Notes: a model not told the origin generated them from the sequence alone. Positions 47,274 to 57,203 are shown, counted from the stretch's first letter. The stretch: DNA of 64,000 nucleotides from an uncultured Phycisphaerales bacterium (GCA_938084645.1 CALKEP010000027.1:8580-72579), one strand, 5' to 3'. A program made the numbers and translations.

Positions 47274-48206
47274 TCACTCGGACCAGGCGGCGAGCATCAG
47301 GCCGAGATCCGCACCGCCGACGACGTCGTCGCCGTTCAGGTCGCCGAGGCCCGGCTGTCCCCAGTTCGCGAGCAGGAGTCCGAGGTCGGCGCCGTTCACG
47401 GCGTTGTCGCCGTTGAGGTCCGCCGGGCTCACCGGCAGGCAGTCGCACGATTCCTCGATGCAGCCGGTGATGATGGTCACCTGCCCGTAGCCCTGTGGGG
47501 AGTGGAGGCCCGCATCGTTCCCGCAGATGCGACTGCCGACGAGCACGACCGAGTTCTGGGCGAAGCCGCCTCCGGCGTTCTGGGCCCAGTTACCGCTGAC
47601 GTCGGTGTCGACGAGCGTCACGACCCCCCCGAAGATGGCACCGCCGTCACCCAGGGACTCAAAGACCGGATGCGCCGCCGTGTTGCCGGTGATCTCGCAT
47701 CCGCTGAGCGTGACATTCGTGCCGCCGTGGTGCAGGTACATGCCACCACCATGAATGTTCGCGTGATTGCCGGTGATCCGGCAGTTCTCGAACGTGGTCT
47801 CTCCATGCCGGATGACCACGCCCCCGCCGTACTCGCCGAAACCACCGGTGATCACGACGTTCTCGACTCGAAGGGTCGAGTCCGGAAGCAGGATGGCACC
47901 GAAGGTGACGAAGTCTCCCTGGCCGTCGAGAATCGTCGCCGGTCGGCCCTTGCCGTCCACGGCGCCGCGAATCTCGACGCTCGGTCCGTAGATGGAAACG
48001 GGATTCTCGAGCAGGTAGGTGCCCGCCGCGATCTCGATGACGTCTCCATCCTGGGCCGCCTGGGAGGCCGCCGCGGGATCCGTGAAGTCGCAGGAGCCGT
48101 CGGGGCAGACCGTGATGGTGTCGGCCGCGGCCGCCATCGTGATCCCGAAGGCGAGTGTCATCGTCGATGCGAACGATCTGATCGTGAACGTGTCAGGCGT
48201 GCTCAT
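47274..48206 (-). CDS. Secreted parallel beta-helix protein with dockerin-like tail
   Basis: GDVIEIAAGTY, repeated ITGN..GGG; ADLNGDNAVNGADLG. Confidence 0.82.
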   Translation of the reverse strand: MSTPDTFTIRSFASTMTLAFGITMAAAADTITVCPDGSCDFTDPAAASQAAQDGDVIEIAAGTYLLENPVSIYGPSVEIRGAVDGKGRPATILDGQGDFVTFGAILLPDSTLRVENVVITGGFGEYGGGVVIRHGETTFENCRITGNHANIHGGGMYLHHGGTNVTLSGCEITGNTAAHPVFESLGDGGAIFGGVVTLVDTDVSGNWAQNAGGGFAQNSVVLVGSRICGNDAGLHSPQGYGQVTIITGCIEESCDCLPVSPADLNGDNAVNGADLGLLLANWGQPGLGDLNGDDVVGGADLGLMLAAWSE

Positions 48207-48642
48207 TTTCCAAACCCCATTGAAGTGTGGTCGTCATGACCGTGTTTCCTGTCCGACCCGCATCCCCGGGGGACGTCGGCGATCTCGTTCGCCGAGGCGG
48301 CGTGAAGGGTTCCGCCCCACCGAAGAATCCTCCGAAGGAACTCGGATCCCACCAGGACGCTCGCCCTCGTCGCCTTTGCAAAACTAGCATGGATCTTCGG
48401 TGAAGCTCTTTTCGCCGCCGAGGTTCGAAGGGAATCGGTTCGAGACCGCGCAGTTCGCGGACGACTTCACCGATTGGCGGTACGGGATCCGGAAAAAGTC
48501 CCCCGGATTCATCCCGGTCGATCGCGGTGAGCACCGAATTCGAGGGATCTCGTACTCCGAGGAGGGTACGCTCGTCGGTCCCGGCATCCGGTTCCCGGCC
48601 CCGATTCCCACGCCATCGTCTCGCTCGTGCGATGATCCGGCC

Positions 48643-49530
48643 ATGACCGTATCGATGACGTTGGATGCCGCGGACCCGGGGGTGCTCGAACTTCTCACCG
48701 AGTCCGCGACGATGCGGACCTGGGAGTTCATTCGCAACACGAACGCCACCACGACGATTTCGGACATCGCGTCCGTGACGGGCCTGGCGTCCTCGGAACT
48801 CCATCGCCAGGTGGATGCGCTCGTCGCGATGGGTCTGCTCCGCGTGATTCGCGTTCGGAAGCCGCGGCGTGAAACCGGATATCGCGCGACCTGTGAACAG
48901 ATCGTCGTCGCGTTCGACGATCATGACGAAGAGGTCGTGGCGAGGCTCATCGCGATCGGCGATGTGATCAAGGGAGACTACGACCAGGCCGTCGAGCAGC
49001 ACGCCGATCCCGAGTTTCATTCGAAGGCGGGGTTCCGATTCCAGATGTCCGGCACCTATCGCCTCTCGAAGGAGGAACTCGCGGAACTCCGGCGGCGGGT
49101 GCTCGCGGTGGTTTCGTTCCTCGACATGCCGAGGAACACCGGCAAGGTGGTGGACGGGGATCCGGACGGGAGCGCCGTCGGCTGCAATCAGGCGATCCGC
49201 ATCACCCTCGATCCGCTGGTCGGCGGTCTGCTGCCGTCTCCGACGATCATCACCTCGCCCCGATCGAAGGTCGGGGACTGGGATGGAACCGCCGCCGACT
49301 CCGCGGGTCTGCCCGCGCTCACCGCCCGGGAGCGTGAGGTGGCGCTGGCGCTCGCGGACGGACTGACGCGGGCTCAGGTCGCGGATCGACTGCGGGTGTC
49401 GGTGCACACCGTGTCCACCCTCGCCCGCCGGGCGTACAAGAAACTCGGGGTCACGAGCCAGGCCGAACTGACGGCGCGCCTGACGGGACACGACCGCAAG
49501 GTGCCCGGGGAGGATCAGGGCGTGGAATGA
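48643..49530 (+). CDS. Transcriptional regulator, winged helix + LuxR HTH (paralog of 10814)
   Basis: LTAREREVALALADG..VSVHTV..YKKLGVTS. Confidence 0.85.
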   Translation: MTVSMTLDAADPGVLELLTESATMRTWEFIRNTNATTTISDIASVTGLASSELHRQVDALVAMGLLRVIRVRKPRRETGYRATCEQIVVAFDDHDEEVVARLIAIGDVIKGDYDQAVEQHADPEFHSKAGFRFQMSGTYRLSKEELAELRRRVLAVVSFLDMPRNTGKVVDGDPDGSAVGCNQAIRITLDPLVGGLLPSPTIITSPRSKVGDWDGTAADSAGLPALTAREREVALALADGLTRAQVADRLRVSVHTVSTLARRAYKKLGVTSQAELTARLTGHDRKVPGEDQGVE

Positions 49531-49574
49531 CGTCGGTTCGGAAGGGAAGTACGATCCGGGCTGGAGAAAAACAC

Positions 49575-50063
49575 ATGCTCGAACACCTGCTCTTCGTCTA
49601 CGACTTCAATCTCAAGCACCTCCGCTACTTCGTCGAGGATCTGACGCCGGATCAATGCGTCCAGCAGCCGAATGGACTCATCAACCATCCCGCGTGGCAG
49701 ATCGGACACCTCGCCCTCGCCGCGGACCTCGCCGCATTCGAGCTCGGGGCCGATCAGACGTTTCCCCCGGAGTGGGCCGAACGGTTCTTCCCTGGCGCGC
49801 CGATCACCGCGGAGGTCGCCGACTATCCGTCGATGACCGAGCTTCTCGATCAGCTGGCGGCACAGCATGCACGAGTCGCCGCGCTGCTTCCGAACGCGAC
49901 CGAGGCCCAGCTCGCGGCACCCTGCCGGATGGAGATGCTGCATCGCCGCTTCTCCAGCGTCGGTGACTTCATCGCCTACATCATGACCGGGCACGAGGGC
50001 GTGCACGTCGGCCAGCTCGCCTGCTGGCGGAGGGAGATGGGCATCCCCCGCGAGGATCTCTGA
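49575..50063 (+). CDS. DinB-family protein
   Basis: NHPAWQIGHL, HEGVHVGQ. Confidence 0.88.
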   Translation: MLEHLLFVYDFNLKHLRYFVEDLTPDQCVQQPNGLINHPAWQIGHLALAADLAAFELGADQTFPPEWAERFFPGAPITAEVADYPSMTELLDQLAAQHARVAALLPNATEAQLAAPCRMEMLHRRFSSVGDFIAYIMTGHEGVHVGQLACWRREMGIPREDL

Positions 50064-50405
50064 GTCGCGGTCGTCTGCTTCATTCCGGTGATCTTCGTCC
50101 ACTCGGTCGGATGGGCGGTGGCGTTCATCTCGCTGGCGATCGGATTCTCGATGGCGCCGAACAGCCCGTGCTACTCGATCTGCGCCGACCTCTTCCGGGG
50201 ACGGACGGGGCTCGCCACCGGCATGATCGTGACCTTCTTCTCGCTTTCGGGGGTGCTCTGCCCGGTGATCACCGGGTGGCTCGCGGAAGCGGGTGGTGGG
50301 TTCGTCGCGGCGTTCACCGCGCTCTGCGTGGTGGTCGGGAGCGGCGTGCTGGGGATGCTGGTCTTCGCGAGCGGGCGACCGCCGATCGAGGTGGATCGGA
50401 TCTGA
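50064..50405 (+). pseudogene. MFS transporter C-terminal remnant
   Basis: About four TM helices with G.ATG..SGVLCPVITGWL; no N-terminal half. Confidence 0.6.
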
Positions 50406-50491
50406 GCGTCTTCCGAGCGTCTATGGTGGGGGGGTCGCCTTCGTCCCGCGACGCTTCGCACCTTCCTACTTCGGTGATGGAGACGAATCCG

Positions 50492-51511
50492 ATGAGCGAA
50501 CGCACCGAACCGGGCCGGCGGGAACCGGCATGTCCCAGCCGACGCGCGTTTCTCGGGACCGCCGCGGTCGCGTCCGTGGCGTTCGCCCTGCCGCAGCGGT
50601 CGACGGCGTCGGTCCGGCGTCTCGCGGCGCCGGTCCGACTCGGGGTGATCACCGATCTGCATCACGACATCATGCACGACGGCGAGGCTCGCCTCGACGC
50701 ATTCCTCGCGTCGATGTCGAAGCGTCCGCCGGATGCGATCGTCCAGCTCGGCGACTTTGCCTATCCGATCCCCGAGAACGAATCCGTCATCCGTCGGTTC
50801 AACGAGGCGCATCCTCGGTCGCTGCACGTCATCGGCAACCATGATCTCGACAAGGGCGTGACGAAGGCGCAGTGCGTGGAGCGGTTCGGGATGCCCGGTC
50901 GTCACTACGCGACGGATATCGGAGGCATCCGCCTGCTGGTCCTTGATGGAAACGACCGCGGCTCGCCTTCCGGCCGGGGGGGGTACCCCTCGTACGTCGG
51001 GCCCGAACAGATCGCGTGGTTGAAGGCGCAGCTCGCGTCGGGCGAGGGCCCGGTCGTCGTGGCGTGCCATCAACCGCTCGCCGGCGCGTACGCGGTCGAC
51101 AACGCGGAGGAGGTCCAGGGAATCCTCGGCGACGCCGCCGATCGCGTGATCCTGGCGATCAACGGGCATTCGCACGTCGACCAACTGGTCCGGGTCGCGG
51201 GCGTCACCCATCTCCACGTCAACTCGGCGTCCTACCAGTGGGTCGGTGGGGATCACCGGCACGCGAGCTATCCGGCGGACGTCCACGAGCAGCATCCCTG
51301 GATCTCGTGCACCTGTCCGTACCGCGACTGCCTCTTCGCCCGCATCACGATCGATCCCGGGGATCTCGAGATCCGGGTCGAGGGCGTCGGCAGCGAATGG
51401 GTGGGCCCATCGCCGGCTCAACTCGGCGTCGATCTCCATCAGTCCCTCACCAACGGCGAGGAGATCGCGCCGCGGATCCGCGATCGGCGGATCAGCAGCA
51501 TCCGGCGATGA
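50492..51511 (+). CDS. Calcineurin-like metallophosphoesterase (Tat)
   Basis: SRRAFL; DLH, GD, GNHD, HQ, GHSH. Confidence 0.9.
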   Translation: MSERTEPGRREPACPSRRAFLGTAAVASVAFALPQRSTASVRRLAAPVRLGVITDLHHDIMHDGEARLDAFLASMSKRPPDAIVQLGDFAYPIPENESVIRRFNEAHPRSLHVIGNHDLDKGVTKAQCVERFGMPGRHYATDIGGIRLLVLDGNDRGSPSGRGGYPSYVGPEQIAWLKAQLASGEGPVVVACHQPLAGAYAVDNAEEVQGILGDAADRVILAINGHSHVDQLVRVAGVTHLHVNSASYQWVGGDHRHASYPADVHEQHPWISCTCPYRDCLFARITIDPGDLEIRVEGVGSEWVGPSPAQLGVDLHQSLTNGEEIAPRIRDRRISSIRR

Positions 51512-51621
51512 TCACCGGTTCGATTCGCGGCCGACCCGAACGTCGGCGAGCACGTAGGCTTGCATCTTCCACCGCGGTTCGATCGACGATCGCCGCCATC
51601 GAATCAACGAAAGGAACGACC

Positions 51622-51987
51622 ATGAGCGACGTCGACCAGATCCACGACTGCGTCGAGCGGTACTACACGAGCCTCCGCGGCTCGGACTCCGCGATGGTCC
51701 GCGAGGTCTTTCATGGCAACGCGAAGATCGCGGGCTATCTGCCGGACGGACTCCACGAGATGAGCGTCGACGACTTCGCGGGATTCGTCGAGGCCCAGCA
51801 GCCGTCGCCCGACGCGTCGGATGCCCCGCGGATGCTGGAGATCCTCGCCTGCGAGGTCGCGGGCGAGACCGCGGCCGTGCGCCTGCGCGAGTCCTATCTC
51901 GGGATGACCTTCCTCGACACCTTCTCGATGCTTCGGGTCGACGGTCGTTGGACGATCTACAACAAGCTCTTCCACGTCGAATCCTGA
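51622..51987 (+). CDS. NTF2-like (lumazine-binding 2) protein
   Basis: VFH..A, FLDTFSML..W.IYNKLF. Confidence 0.8.
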   Translation: MSDVDQIHDCVERYYTSLRGSDSAMVREVFHGNAKIAGYLPDGLHEMSVDDFAGFVEAQQPSPDASDAPRMLEILACEVAGETAAVRLRESYLGMTFLDTFSMLRVDGRWTIYNKLFHVES

Positions 51988-52006
51988 ATTCGTCGAGGCC
52001 GGGTGA

Positions 52007-53527
52007 TCACCGCCGTTCGGTGCGGCGGCTCCGCGAGCCGTGCTTCCGATAGACGCGGGACGCCTCCTGCCGTGCCCGACTCGTGCCGCGAGCGTCGAAG
52101 ATCCGCTCTTTCGCCAGGCGGTACGCCGTTTCGTGATCGACGACGGGCGCGGGGTACGTCTCGCCGATCAGACATCCGGCCATGTGCTGGGTGAGGGGGG
52201 GCATCTCCTCCGGCCGGGCGATGTGTTCGTTCGGCACGTCGGCGAGTTCGGGAACCCAGCGTCGAATGAAGCGTCCGTCGGGATCCTGATCGATCGCCTG
52301 CTTGATCGGCGAATAGATGCGGACGGTGTTGATCCCCGTCACCCCCGACTGCATCTGGCACTGGGAGTAGTGGATCCCGGCTTCGAAGTCGAGGAAACGG
52401 GTGGCGAGATGCTCGGCCACCGGCTTCCAGTGGAGCCAGAGGTGATACGCGGCGAACGAGACGAGCATCGCCCGCATGCGGAAGTTGATCCAACCGGTGC
52501 GATCGAGACATCGCATGCACGCGTCGACCAGCGGGTAGCCGGTGCGTCCGCCGACCCACGCGTCGAACCGGGCCTGCTCCTCGCCGGTCCACCGTCCGCG
52601 ATCCTCCTGCCGCAGCCCGTCGAAGGCGCGATTGAAGTTGCGGAACTCGATCTGTGGCTCGTCCTCGAGTTTCTGCATGAAGTGGCAGTGCCATCGCAGT
52701 CGCTTCTCATAGCTCGCAAGGGACCGCCGCCATCCGCCGGCGGTCGGATCATCGCGAAGCGACTCGATCCGGTCGCGGGTGGCGTGGTGCACGGCTCGGA
52801 TGGAGAGCGAGCCGTACGCGAGGTGCGGACTGAGTCGGCTGCACGCCGTCCAACCTTCGATGGGGGTCGACATCGCCCGTCGATAGTCTTCACCGCGTTC
52901 GTGGAGAAACGATTGCAGGACCAGGGTCGCATCGGATTCGCCGCCGCGCTGGGCATCGACCATCGGGTTCACGGCGTTGCCGCGGACGTCGCTCGCCGAG
53001 ACGTCTTCGGCCGCGAGGGCGGTCATATCGTTCCGGGTCGGGCCCGTGATCGACGTCGGGACGGGCACCGGCGGTGGGGCCATTCTTCGTCGCCAGCGGT
53101 CGGCCCAGCCATCGCGGGAGGCGAGCGGTCGGACCACCCCGTGCTGGGGTCGTTCGGTCCAGCGGACGTTCCGGCGCCGGCACCACGCCGCAACGCGTCG
53201 ATCGCGGGCGTAGGTGATCGCAAGCCCGGTCTCTTCGTGGCTCCAGATCTCCTCGAATCGCCACTGGTCGTGGAGTCGATCCAGCGTGTCCGGCATCGCC
53301 CCGTGCCGCACCAGCAGGATCGAGCCGAGGGAGGCGAGTCGCTCCCGGAGCTCGGCGAGACAGTCCTCGATGAACGCGAGATGTCCGGGGGACCATTCCG
53401 GGGAGGCCAGCACCTCGGGCTCGTGCACGTACAGACCGACCATCGGTCCACGTTCGGCGGCTTCGAGGAGGGGTGCATGATCCGCGACCCGCAAGTCGCG
53501 CTTGAACCAGACGACGGCGCGTGGCAT
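52007..53527 (-). CDS. DNA photolyase/cryptochrome family protein
   Basis: WFKRDLRVADH, SRLSPHL, GRTGYPLVDACMR, NFRMR, FLDFE. Confidence 0.92.
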   Translation of the reverse strand: MPRAVVWFKRDLRVADHAPLLEAAERGPMVGLYVHEPEVLASPEWSPGHLAFIEDCLAELRERLASLGSILLVRHGAMPDTLDRLHDQWRFEEIWSHEETGLAITYARDRRVAAWCRRRNVRWTERPQHGVVRPLASRDGWADRWRRRMAPPPVPVPTSITGPTRNDMTALAAEDVSASDVRGNAVNPMVDAQRGGESDATLVLQSFLHERGEDYRRAMSTPIEGWTACSRLSPHLAYGSLSIRAVHHATRDRIESLRDDPTAGGWRRSLASYEKRLRWHCHFMQKLEDEPQIEFRNFNRAFDGLRQEDRGRWTGEEQARFDAWVGGRTGYPLVDACMRCLDRTGWINFRMRAMLVSFAAYHLWLHWKPVAEHLATRFLDFEAGIHYSQCQMQSGVTGINTVRIYSPIKQAIDQDPDGRFIRRWVPELADVPNEHIARPEEMPPLTQHMAGCLIGETYPAPVVDHETAYRLAKERIFDARGTSRARQEASRVYRKHGSRSRRTERR

Positions 53528-53723
53528 CGGGAACGGTTCGAGGATGCCGATCCAACGGATTCGAGGATGCCCCTGGTGGACCGCGTCGCGATCGCGGATC
53601 ACTAGAATCTCGGCCCAGCGACCTGATCGAGACTCCACCCGGAACAGAGACCTGATTCATGCTGATCGAACACGCCATGCCCGGCCACGACATGTCACCC
53701 GTCCGACGGAAGGAAGGGCTTCG

Positions 53724-54188
53724 ATGACCGATTTCGACATCGCGCTCGACGATCCGGAGGCGGCGGACGTCGCGAAGGTCCTGCAGGCGCATCTCGATTT
53801 CGCGCGTGAATGGTCGTTGCCGGAGAACGTGAAGGTGCTGGGGATGAAGGCGCTCACGGCGGAGGGTGTGCGGTTCTTCGCGGCTCGAGCGGACGGCCGA
53901 CTGCTCGCGGTCGGCGCGCTGAGTCCCTTCGAGGAGGACCACGTGGAGATCAAGTCGATGCACACGGTGGAAGCCGCGCGGGGGCGGGGGGTCGGCTGGG
54001 CGATGCTGGAGCGTCTGGTGTCGACGGCCTACGAGCAGGGTGGTCGCCGGGTGAGCCTGGAGACGGGGACCGGCAAGGCGTTCGCGCCCGCCCGCCGGCT
54101 TTACGAACGCGGGGGTTTCAAGATCTGCCCGCCGTTCGGCGAGTACCGGCACTGCCCGGACAGCGTCTGCATGACCCGGCGGATCTGA
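53724..54188 (+). CDS. GNAT acetyltransferase
   Basis: EIKSMHT..RGRGVG, SLETG..LYERGGF..PFGEY. Confidence 0.88.
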   Translation: MTDFDIALDDPEAADVAKVLQAHLDFAREWSLPENVKVLGMKALTAEGVRFFAARADGRLLAVGALSPFEEDHVEIKSMHTVEAARGRGVGWAMLERLVSTAYEQGGRRVSLETGTGKAFAPARRLYERGGFKICPPFGEYRHCPDSVCMTRRI

Positions 54189-54198
54189 GCGGCGTGGT

Positions 54199-54579
54199 TC
54201 AGGCGCAGTCGGCGCAGCGACCGGAGAGGGTGAGTTCGTGCGACTCGAGTTCGAATCCTTCAGGAAGCATCGAACTCAGGCCGCCCGGGCAACCCTCGAC
54301 GTCGTAGAACCGATCGCAGACGCGACAGTGGAAGTGATGGTGGTGCTTGGAGGCGACGTGGGCGGGTTCGTATCGATCCGCAGCCCCCGGGACGGAGACG
54401 TTCGCCACCTCCCCGTCGTCCTGAAGTCGGCGAATCGTTCGATAGACGGTGCGAAGCCCCAGTGACGGCACATCCCGGCTGGCGGTTGCGTGAATCTCCT
54501 CGATGGAAAGCGGCCGCCCGGCCGCGTCGATCACGCCCTTGATCGCCTCGAGCTGTTTGGTGTTCCGTCGACTCGTCAT
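54199..54579 (-). CDS. Fur-family metalloregulator (Zur-like)
   Basis: LGLRTVYR, HHHHFHCRVC, C-terminal CADC. Confidence 0.9.
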   Translation of the reverse strand: MTSRRNTKQLEAIKGVIDAAGRPLSIEEIHATASRDVPSLGLRTVYRTIRRLQDDGEVANVSVPGAADRYEPAHVASKHHHHFHCRVCDRFYDVEGCPGGLSSMLPEGFELESHELTLSGRCADCA

Positions 54580-54639
54580 ATCCGGATTCTCGCACCTGAT
54601 GCGGGAAAGGGCGAACCCAGGCGAGCCCAGCGAGATAAC

Positions 54640-54691
54640 TGGCAATATATTGCCATCAGGTATTGACATGGCAATGTCATTAGTCAATACT
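54640..54691. promoter_or_regulatory. Operator palindrome plus overlapping divergent sigma70-like promoters
   Basis: TGGCAATATATTGCCA; TTGACA-17-AATACT (+) and TTGACT-17-AATACC (-). Confidence 0.7.
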
Positions 54692-54725
54692 CGGGGCAGG
54701 CCGTTTCGGCCGCAGGAGTCGCTCC

Positions 54726-55535
54726 ATGCCAGTCGCCCGCCAATCCTCCGTGTCGCATGGCCAGCCGGCGCCCTTGGTGCGTCGTGGGTTCACGTTGATC
54801 GAGATTCTGGTGGTGCTCGGGGTGATCGTGCTGCTGATGGGCATCGCGATCCCGACGCTCCGCTCCGCCCGCATGGCATCCCTCAACACCCTCGATCTGT
54901 CCCAGCTCCGTCAGCTCGGGGTGGCACACCTCGCGTACCAGGCGACCAACACCGACCACTTCGTCGACGTCGGCCTTCCGCACGGTGGCTACGGAGATGA
55001 AGCCACCAGTTTCGCGGAGGTCCTCGGCCGGTACACCGACGACATCGTGATGAAGTCGCCGCTCGATGCCAGTCCCCACTGGCCCTCGGACGTCGGCGGC
55101 GAGGGCAGGGGCGTGGAGGAGGACGGAACCGGGGCCCTCCGGCGGACCAGTTACGGAATGAACAACTATCTCTCGAGGAACTACTCGCCGATGGTCGCCC
55201 TCTACGGTCCCGGCCATGCCGCGGATCGGGCGACCAAGGTGCGACGTCCCGAGCGAATCGTGTGTTTCCTCCACATGACGCCGCAGGGTGACTTCGCCGT
55301 GAGTGATCACCCGCACGTCGAATCCTGGGATGCCGGCGATGAACCGTGGCGCCTGGCCAGCCGGCAGGTCGCGATTTCCGCCGCCGAGGGCGAAGAGGTC
55401 GTCGATGCGCTCGCGACATCCAACTACGGAATGCTCGACGGTTCAACCGCCACCGCGGCGTTCAGCGATCTCTATGAAGACGCGGAACGAAACGCCTTCG
55501 ACCCGACCGTCGCACTGCCGGGGTCCACCAACTGA
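54726..55535 (+). CDS. Prepilin-type N-terminal cleavage/methylation protein
   Basis: RRG|FTLIEILVVLGVIVLLMGIAIP; SYGMN; NYGMLDGS. Confidence 0.88.
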   Translation: MPVARQSSVSHGQPAPLVRRGFTLIEILVVLGVIVLLMGIAIPTLRSARMASLNTLDLSQLRQLGVAHLAYQATNTDHFVDVGLPHGGYGDEATSFAEVLGRYTDDIVMKSPLDASPHWPSDVGGEGRGVEEDGTGALRRTSYGMNNYLSRNYSPMVALYGPGHAADRATKVRRPERIVCFLHMTPQGDFAVSDHPHVESWDAGDEPWRLASRQVAISAAEGEEVVDALATSNYGMLDGSTATAAFSDLYEDAERNAFDPTVALPGSTN

Positions 55536-55581
55536 AACGCCCTCACGGCGATTCGAGCCCTTTCCGCAAGGAGCCGTCCTC

Positions 55582-56376
55582 ATGATCCAGACATTCAGGC
55601 GAAGCCTCTTCAGTCCGTTGCTCGCGCTGTTCGTCCTTTCGGTGCTGGTGCTCTCCACCGAGGCGACGGCCCAGCATCCCGGTGACATCGGGCTTCGCGT
55701 CACGGACGATCGGCTCGAGGTCGACGGCCCGATCGGTGGCGAGGACTCGAACGGCATCTTCTACGGCGTCTTCGGGGACACGGGCTTTCCAGGCTACACG
55801 CCGAACCCCGGATTCGACGCCTTCCCGGGGACCTTCCCTCCGGGGCGCATCGGCTTCGACGTGCTGGCCGGCCTGCGACGCTGGGACTTGAAGACGAACA
55901 CCTGGGAGGAGCCGGAGCTCGTCCCGGAACGGATGAGCATCTCCTTCATCACGCTCGAGAGAGTCGTGGAGGACGAGCCGCTCGCCGGCTTCGACCTCGC
56001 GGTGCAGCCGAACGGCGGGTGGCATCGTCATCTCGACTTCGAGATCCTCGGCGATGCGTCCGGAACCCGACGCTCCGGGGTGTACCGGCTCGATCTGTCG
56101 CTCTACGCCACGATGGGCATCGCGGACAGCACGCCCTTCACCATCCTCTTCAACTACGACGCGTCCGAAGCGGAGGTCGCCGCGGCGTTCGAGTCGTTCG
56201 AAGAGTCGACGTGTCCGGGGGACTTCGACGGAAACGGCATCGTCGACGGTGCCGACTTCGGAATTCTGCTGGCCGCCTTCGGCACCGTGAACGCCGAACT
56301 CGATCTCGACGGTGACGGCAGCGTGGCTGGTGCGGATGTCGGTCTGCTGCTTGCTTCCTGGGGTGTGTGTCCTTGA
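55582..56376 (+). CDS. Secreted HxH-motif protein with dockerin-like tail
   Basis: AGGAG RBS; signal peptide; HPGDI, WHRHL, GVYRL; CPGDFDGNGIVDGADFG. Confidence 0.8.
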   Translation: MIQTFRRSLFSPLLALFVLSVLVLSTEATAQHPGDIGLRVTDDRLEVDGPIGGEDSNGIFYGVFGDTGFPGYTPNPGFDAFPGTFPPGRIGFDVLAGLRRWDLKTNTWEEPELVPERMSISFITLERVVEDEPLAGFDLAVQPNGGWHRHLDFEILGDASGTRRSGVYRLDLSLYATMGIADSTPFTILFNYDASEAEVAAAFESFEESTCPGDFDGNGIVDGADFGILLAAFGTVNAELDLDGDGSVAGADVGLLLASWGVCP

Positions 56377-56474
56377 AACATTGGTCAATCGATCGAGGTC
56401 ATCGCCCTCGATTCCCGTGATCCGGTCCTGAATCCTCATTCGTTCCTTCAAGACTTCAAGAAAGGTGTCAAGAG

Positions 56475-57176
56475 ATGTCATCGCGTCCCAACAGATTCGC
56501 TCCCCGTGCCGCCAGGCTCATTCTGTCCGTCTCCCTTCCCTTCGTCGCCGTTTCGGCCGCGCTCGCGGACGAGGAAGGCGAGGAGCATTACGACATCGGC
56601 ATCTGGAATGATGCCGGCGTCCTCCGCACCGGCGGATGGGATCACGACACCGAAACGCTCGCGGTCGCCGATCTCCGCGTCTTCGAAGCGCACTTCGGCG
56701 AGGATCCCGACTTTCCCTTCGCCATCGACGAACCCGGGATCGGCGGCGTCGCCGCCGACCTCGGACTTCCGATCGGGGCGACTCTCAACCTGAACCTGGC
56801 TTCAGGCCTCCGAATCTGGAACGGCAACGGCTTCGATGCCGACAACGCCACGTCGATGTTCATCGACTACGGACCGGAGTCGATCGATTCGCTGACCGGT
56901 GGCTCGATCGGTCTTCTGATCTCCGAAGACTACGACCTGCATCCGATCTACTCGATCGATCCGAACTCCATCGCCGGGTCCTACCTGCTCGAATTCAACG
57001 TCGCGATGGACGGCTTCGCGACCAGTGATTCGTTCTGGATCGCGTTCAACTACGGCCTGGACGACGAGGACTTCGAAGCCTCCGTCGAGTGGGTCGAGGG
57101 CAACCTCGTGCCGGCACCGGGTGTCATCGGCCTGCTCGCGATGGCCGGCCTCGCCTCCCGTCGTCGTCGGGCCTGA
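56475..57176 (+). CDS. PEP-CTERM-like (VPAP) protein, paralogous to the 55582 passenger domain
   Basis: Signal peptide; HYDI, DLHP, GSYLL, FNY; VPAPGVIGLLAMAGLASRRRRA. Confidence 0.85.
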   Translation: MSSRPNRFAPRAARLILSVSLPFVAVSAALADEEGEEHYDIGIWNDAGVLRTGGWDHDTETLAVADLRVFEAHFGEDPDFPFAIDEPGIGGVAADLGLPIGATLNLNLASGLRIWNGNGFDADNATSMFIDYGPESIDSLTGGSIGLLISEDYDLHPIYSIDPNSIAGSYLLEFNVAMDGFATSDSFWIAFNYGLDDEDFEASVEWVEGNLVPAPGVIGLLAMAGLASRRRRA

Positions 57177-57203
57177 ACGAGCCCTCGACCTGTTCCGATC
57201 TTC

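Noticed and set aside
50061..50063. Selenocysteine or readthrough fusing DinB to the MFS fragment
   Set aside because: DinB is complete at the TGA, the position is not a Cys-equivalent site, and no SECIS-like hairpin was evident
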